The notes under the pieces were generated by a model, which made no database searches, was not told the origin of the DNA, and saw nothing but the letters and a program-made list of their open reading frames with translations. This document shows, one piece after another, positions 34,557 through 39,056 of a stretch of 39,056 bases of DNA (position 1 is its first letter; every line of letters begins with the position of its first letter). Position numbers and translations under genes: made by a program. This stretch comes from Eubacteriales bacterium. GTDB lineage: Bacteria > Bacillota > Clostridia > Oscillospirales > CAG-272. The stretch lies in NCBI GenBank assembly GCA_045589215.1, contig JAZNOQ010000160.1:1-39056 (forward strand), written 5' to 3'.

Positions 34557-36332
34557 TTATTCGAGCTTCAGGCGAAGCGCCTCGCGCTCTGCATCTTCAT
34601 CGTCACCCGTTTCCATACGGTCGGAGCGGAACTGCAGGCGGTAGAGCTTTTCATAAATGCCTTCCTCTTTGAGAAGTGCATCGTGTGTTCCCTGTTCGAC
34701 AATGCGTCCCTCGGAAACCACGGCGATCTCGTCTGCGTTCTTGACCGTCGAGAGTCTGTGCGCCACCACGATCGTTGTGCGGCCTCGGCAAAGCTCGTCG
34801 AGCGCGCGCTGAATGAGGATCTCGGTCGTGTTATCAAGCGCACTCGTCGCCTCGTCTAGGATCAGGATCGGCGGATTCTTGAGGAATACACGTGCGATCG
34901 AAAGCCGCTGCTTCTGTCCGCCCGAAAGACGGACGCCGCGTTCTCCGATCACGGTATCGTACTTATCGGGAAGAGCCATAATATATTCGTGGATATTCGC
35001 GCGCTTTGCCGCGGCGATCACCTCCTCCTCGGTGGCGTCAAGCCGCCCGTAGAGGATATTATCGCGGATCGACGCGTTGAACAGGTAAATATCCTGCTGA
35101 ACGATTCCGATGTTTCTTCGCAGGGACTCGTTCGTAAAGGAACGGATGTCCTTTCCGTCGATCATAATTTTTCCTTCACCGATCTCGTAAAAATGCGGGA
35201 TCAGATGGCAGATCGTTGTTTTTCCGCCACCCGAAGGCCCGACGAGCGCAAAGGTCTTTCCCTTCTCAACGGTGAAGCTGACGTGATCGAGTACGGTCTC
35301 TCTGTCGTCATAGGAATGGCTGACGTCGCAAAATTCGATCCTGCCCTGAAGCACACCTGCGTCGATTGCCCCCGTGTCATCACGTTCGGGCTCTGCATCC
35401 ATAATCTCGACAAAGCGTTCAAAGCCCGTAACACCGTTCTGATACTGCTCCATAAAATTGATAAGCGTCATAACGGGGCTGATGAAAAGGCTCACCGACA
35501 CGATGAAGGTCGAATAGTCACCGAATGTGATCGCGCCGTCAAACAGAAACAGTCCGCCCGCGATCAGGACAACGACGTTAAAGATATTCGTGATAAATTC
35601 CGTACCCGAATGGAACTGTCCCATCGCGCAGTACGCTTCTTTCCGAGAGGAAACGAATGCGGCGTTCCCCTTCTCGAATTTTTCCTGCTCCTTGTCGGCG
35701 TTGGTGAACGCCTTCGTCACACGGATACCCGATATACTGCTTTCGAGAGACGCGTTGATCTGTGCGGTCGATTCACGGCTCTTCAGGAACGCGCGGCGCA
35801 TTTTTTTGCGAAGCACAAAGGAGATCAGAAGCAGAAACGGAACGCACGCGAAAACGATCAGCGTGAGAACGAGATTGATGCTCGACAGATAAATAAACGA
35901 AACGACGATCGAGATCGAGGAGATCAGAAGATTTTCAGGGCCGTGATGTGCAAGCTCGCTGATGTCCATCAGGTCATTCGTCATGCGCGACATGATCTTG
36001 CCCGTCTCGTGCCCATCATAAAAGCTGTACGGGAGCTTTTCAAGATGCGCGAACATATCCGAGCGCATCTGCGCCTGCATCCGAACACCCATCACGTGAC
36101 CGTAATACTGAATGAAAAAATTCAGCAGCATCCGCACAAGGTAGATCCCGAGGAGTCCAAAGCCAAACAAAACAATCAGCTTGTATTTTCTTTCGGGGAT
36201 CAGATCATTCAGCATCGTTCGCGTCATGATCGGATAGACGATGCCGATCAAGGAGACGAGGAGTGCCGCCAGCATATCGAGCGTAAAGATCAGCTTATGG
36301 GGCTTATAATAGGATAAAAATCGTTTTAACAT
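34557..36332 (-). CDS. ABC exporter, fused permease/ATPase (MsbA/type I exporter fold)
   Basis: Six N-terminal TM segments are present. Walker A is GPSGGGKTT, the signature is LSGGQKQRLSIAR, Walker B is ILILDEATSALD, and the H-loop is VAHRLS. Confidence 0.9.
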   Translation of the reverse strand: MLKRFLSYYKPHKLIFTLDMLAALLVSLIGIVYPIMTRTMLNDLIPERKYKLIVLFGFGLLGIYLVRMLLNFFIQYYGHVMGVRMQAQMRSDMFAHLEKLPYSFYDGHETGKIMSRMTNDLMDISELAHHGPENLLISSISIVVSFIYLSSINLVLTLIVFACVPFLLLISFVLRKKMRRAFLKSRESTAQINASLESSISGIRVTKAFTNADKEQEKFEKGNAAFVSSRKEAYCAMGQFHSGTEFITNIFNVVVLIAGGLFLFDGAITFGDYSTFIVSVSLFISPVMTLINFMEQYQNGVTGFERFVEIMDAEPERDDTGAIDAGVLQGRIEFCDVSHSYDDRETVLDHVSFTVEKGKTFALVGPSGGGKTTICHLIPHFYEIGEGKIMIDGKDIRSFTNESLRRNIGIVQQDIYLFNASIRDNILYGRLDATEEEVIAAAKRANIHEYIMALPDKYDTVIGERGVRLSGGQKQRLSIARVFLKNPPILILDEATSALDNTTEILIQRALDELCRGRTTIVVAHRLSTVKNADEIAVVSEGRIVEQGTHDALLKEEGIYEKLYRLQFRSDRMETGDDEDAEREALRLKLE

Positions 36333-36388
36333 AGCATTTTACTTCCTTGGTTTTCAAAAACGGCGGAGCGCGCCGAGATAGCGGTATT

Positions 36389-36417
36389 ATTGTACCACAA
36401 AACCCTTTCGTTGTCAA
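36389..36417 (-). promoter_or_regulatory. sigma-A promoter for the ABC exporter (TTGACA-17-TGgTACAAT)
   Basis: The minus strand reads TTGACAacgaaagggttttgtggTACAAT. Confidence 0.6.
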
Positions 36418-36440
36418 GAAAATCGCCATGGTCGGAAGTG

Positions 36441-36483
36441 AAAAAGAGAACCGCACTCCCGAAAGAAAACGGGAATGCGGTTC
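36441..36483 (-). terminator. intrinsic terminator after rplQ
   Basis: A 14-bp stem, gaaccgcattcccg / cgggagtgcggttc on the minus strand (one G-U pair), is followed by tcttttt. Confidence 0.85.
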
Positions 36484-36495
36484 AGAAGAACAGAA

Positions 36496-36957
36496 TTATT
36501 CTGCAGCCTCGGTCTTGGTCTCCTCAACCTTAGCGGCTTCCTTAACTTCCTTCTTGCTCTTGGGAGCTTCCTCTGCGACGTAATCAACGAGGCGAAGGAT
36601 CGCCATTTCAGCTCCGTCGCCGCGGCGCGGGCCGAGCTTGAAGATCTGGGTGTAACCACCCTTGCGATCTACATACTGGCTTGCATAGGTACCGAATACC
36701 TTTTCATAAGCCTTCTTGGTGGTGATAAAAGCACGAGCCTGACGGCGGTATGCGATTGCAGCAGCCTTGTTGCCTTCAGCGGTTGCAGCACCTGCCTTCT
36801 TGCCGAGCGTAATCATTTTTTCTGCAATGGAACGGACTTCCTTTGCACGCGTTACGGTCGTTTCGATCTGACCGTTTTCAAGCAGCAAAGTAACCATACC
36901 GCGAAGCATTGCTTTTCTTGCTGCGGTCGGTCTGCCGAGTTTTCTGGTTCCGGGCAT
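36496..36957 (-). CDS. rplQ: 50S ribosomal protein L17 with a Lys/Glu/Ala-rich C-terminal tail
   Basis: [53 protein letters not shown] is the canonical L17 N-terminus. The tail reads [25 protein letters not shown]. Confidence 0.95.
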   Translation of the reverse strand: MPGTRKLGRPTAARKAMLRGMVTLLLENGQIETTVTRAKEVRSIAEKMITLGKKAGAATAEGNKAAAIAYRRQARAFITTKKAYEKVFGTYASQYVDRKGGYTQIFKLGPRRGDGAEMAILRLVDYVAEEAPKSKKEVKEAAKVEETKTEAAE

Positions 36958-37008
36958 TGTGATTCCCTCCTTATCGAAATTATACCTTAATTTGAAGCTA
37001 CGATCGAA

Positions 37009-37983
37009 TTATTCCTCGGGTCTCTTGAGGTCAAGGCCGAGCGAATGCAGCTTCGCGATCACTTCTTCGAGCGACTTCTTGCCGAGGTTACGGACCTTGA
37101 TCATGTCCTCCTCGGTACGATTCGTCAGATGTGCGACGGTATCGATGCCTGCACGCTTCAAGCAGTTGAAGCTACGGACAGACATCTCAAGCTCCTCAAT
37201 GGTCATCTCAAGAACCTTTTCCTTGACGGCTACGTCGGATTCAACCATGATCTGTGCCTTGCTTGCATCCTCAGAGAGGTCGACAAACAAGTTGAGATGC
37301 TCGTTGAGAATCTTGGCACCGAGTGAAATCGCTTCTTTTGCCGAAATGGTACCGTTGGTAGCCACTTCAACAGTCAACTTGTCGTAATCGGTATTGTCAC
37401 CGACACGGGTATTCTCCACGTTGTAGCTTACGCTGTATACGGGAGTATAAATGGAATCGGTGTAAATCGTACCGATCGGAGCGGAAACATTTGCGCCAAG
37501 CAGATTGCTGTGCAGCTTCTTGTTGCGTTCCTGAGACACGTAGCCGTGTCCCTGATCAAACGTCAGCTCCATATAAAATCTTTCACCGTCGCCGAGCGTA
37601 GCGATGTGGTGATCGGGATTCAGAATCTCGATGTCTGCATCCTGCTTGATATCACCCGCGGTGATATCCATAGGACCGGTCACATCGATCACACAGGTCT
37701 TGGGCATATTGCCGTAAACCTTCGCGGTAATTCCCTTTACGTTCAAAACGATTTCCGTTACGTCTTCCTTCACACCGGGGACGGTGGAGAATTCGTGCAG
37801 GACTCCGTCGATCTTGATGCTGACCACAGCGTATCCGGGCATAGAACTCATCAGAATTCTGCGCAGGGAGTTACCGAGCGTAATGCCGAAGCCGCGCTCC
37901 AGGGGCTCAACGATGAATCTTCCGCATCTGCCGTCGTCGCTGGTTTCGACGACCGAGATGTTGGGGCGTTCAATCTCAATCAT
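37009..37983 (-). CDS. rpoA: DNA-directed RNA polymerase subunit alpha
   Basis: [28 protein letters not shown] is the N-terminal domain. [22 protein letters not shown] is the C-terminal-domain HhH. Confidence 0.95.
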   Translation of the reverse strand: MIEIERPNISVVETSDDGRCGRFIVEPLERGFGITLGNSLRRILMSSMPGYAVVSIKIDGVLHEFSTVPGVKEDVTEIVLNVKGITAKVYGNMPKTCVIDVTGPMDITAGDIKQDADIEILNPDHHIATLGDGERFYMELTFDQGHGYVSQERNKKLHSNLLGANVSAPIGTIYTDSIYTPVYSVSYNVENTRVGDNTDYDKLTVEVATNGTISAKEAISLGAKILNEHLNLFVDLSEDASKAQIMVESDVAVKEKVLEMTIEELEMSVRSFNCLKRAGIDTVAHLTNRTEEDMIKVRNLGKKSLEEVIAKLHSLGLDLKRPEE

Positions 37984-38148
37984 TCCTATAATACCCTCCT
38001 GTAATCATTTTTGACCGCGTATCTGTATTTAAAGGGTACGCGGACCTTGTTTGAATTTTCCTTACGGAAAACATACGTACCGATCCTTCGGTTTCGGGAT
38101 AGCAAGCCGTAATAAGCCAAAGCAAAACACCGAAACCGCACTCGGGTA

Positions 38149-38748
38149 TTACTTGGAATAGAGCTCGACGATGAGCTGCTCGTCTACTTCGTAGTCGAGA
38201 TCTTCTCTTGCAGGCATTGCAACGACCTTAGCCGAAAGATTTTCCTTGTTAACCTCGAGCCACTTTGCGGGGATCTTGGTCTGGAGTGCTTCAGCGAGAG
38301 CCTTGCACAGAGCAGAAGAGCGGAAGCCTTCCTTAACAGCGATAACGTCGCCGACCTTAACCATCATCGAAGGAATGTTTGCCTTCTTACCGTTGATGGT
38401 GAAGTGGTTGTGCGTAACGAGCTGTCTTGCCTCGCGGCGCGTGGAAGCCATACCCATTCTCCAAACGACGTTGTCGAGACGGCACTCCAGGATCTGGAGC
38501 AGGTTCTCACCGGTAACGCCTTCTTTTCTTGCAGCAAGCTCGTAGTAGTGATAGAACTGCTTTTCGAGCACGCCGTAAATGAACTTAACCTTCTGCTTTT
38601 CCTTCAGCTGTGCGCCATAGCCGGAAAGCTTCTTTCTCTGCTTTGCGCCGCCGGGTTTTCTGTTCGATTCCTTATCATATCCGAGGACTGCAGGGCTGAT
38701 ACCCAGCGTTCTGCATCTCTTCAAAATAGGACTGCGATTAACTGCCAT
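38149..38748 (-). CDS. rpsD: 30S ribosomal protein S4
   Basis: GAQLKEKQKVKFIYGVLEKQFYHYY...LECRLDNVVWRMGMASTRREARQLVTHNHFTINGKKANIPS is canonical S4 (S4 RNA-binding domain). Confidence 0.95.
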   Translation of the reverse strand: MAVNRSPILKRCRTLGISPAVLGYDKESNRKPGGAKQRKKLSGYGAQLKEKQKVKFIYGVLEKQFYHYYELAARKEGVTGENLLQILECRLDNVVWRMGMASTRREARQLVTHNHFTINGKKANIPSMMVKVGDVIAVKEGFRSSALCKALAEALQTKIPAKWLEVNKENLSAKVVAMPAREDLDYEVDEQLIVELYSK

Positions 38749-38771
38749 TTTCGTTTACCTCCTATAGACGA

Positions 38772-39056
38772 TCAAACGCGTCTGCGCTTGGGGGGACGGC
38801 ATCCATTGTGAGGAATGGGCGTTACGTCCTTGATCATCGTAATTCTGAGTCCAACGGTCTCAAGTGCGCGAATTGCGGATTCACGTCCCGATCCGGGGCC
38901 CTTTACGAATACCTCAACGGTCTCAAGTCCCTGATCCTTTGCAACCTTGCCTGCTGCCTCTGCTGCCGACTGTGCCGCGAAGGGGGTGGACTTACGGGAG
39001 CCCTTGAAGCCGAGCTCACCTGCAGATGCCCACGAAATTGCATTTCCGTTTGCATC
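38772..39056 (-). CDS. rpsK: 30S ribosomal protein S11, C-terminal part; the 5' end is off the right window edge
   Basis: Reverse-complement translation reads [94 protein letters not shown]. It is not in the ORF track because it is open at the edge. Confidence 0.93.
   Translation of the reverse strand, partial: DANGNAISWASAGELGFKGSRKSTPFAAQSAAEAAGKVAKDQGLETVEVFVKGPGSGRESAIRALETVGLRITMIKDVTPIPHNGCRPPKRRRV

Noticed and set aside
34989-36317. 442-aa plus-strand ORF
   Set aside because: It is antisense to the ABC exporter, where Walker A/B and the LSGGQ signature are read on the minus strand.
1-39056. Search by eye for tRNA, rRNA, CRISPR arrays, prophage or defence-system gene sets
   Set aside because: I found no T-loop/acceptor-like tRNA signature, no rRNA-like stretch, no spaced identical repeats and no multi-gene defence or phage module. 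The only accessory-looking DNA is the RAYT-like gene region (about 10.0-10.8 kb) and the 32.4-33.1 kb element and islet.

Overview
This is a 39-kb, mostly core-chromosome segment of a fairly GC-rich Clostridia-like Firmicute. That assignment rests on gene content: YaaT/RicT, WhiA, DUF4830 and a clostridial 2x[4Fe-4S] ferredoxin. Hand counts on single 60-nt lines gave 62% G+C in pepS, 40-42% in the RAYT-like and membrane-protein genes, and about 36% in the islet. Left to right the window holds: rpoB 5' part (minus strand, missing from the ORF track); holB-yaaT; ferredoxin; an NPPY methyltransferase; a TtcA-like PP-loop ATPase; a PlsC-type acyltransferase overlapping a GltS-like transporter; a solitary low-GC RAYT/IS200-like HUH gene; a membrane protein; proB-proA-proC; a lipoprotein; DUF4830; a small membrane protein followed by a DUF1538 permease and two PII-like genes; a HAD phosphatase; dusB; a D-Ala-D-Ala carboxypeptidase; dnaE; whiA; murB; a four-gene biotin carboxyl-transfer operon (carboxyltransferase, OadG, BCCP, 5S/OadA-like) with no beta pump gene; a GC-rich twin-hairpin element next to a ~36% GC islet holding a decayed ORF; an M29 aminopeptidase; an ABC exporter; and rplQ-rpoA-rpsD-rpsK. 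Many sigma-A promoters with exact 17-nt spacing and several intrinsic terminators can be read directly. I found no tRNA, rRNA or CRISPR array by eye. Most long ORFs opposite the genes above are antisense shadows typical of GC-rich DNA. The best candidates for something new are: (1) a perfect 28-bp inverted repeat inside the RAYT-like ORF that brackets its HUH motif; (2) the DUF1538 internally duplicated permease with two PII-like proteins; (3) the pump-less carboxyl-transfer operon with a divergent carboxyltransferase; (4) the twin-hairpin element and adjacent foreign islet. All functional calls come from motif recognition by eye. No database search was run.
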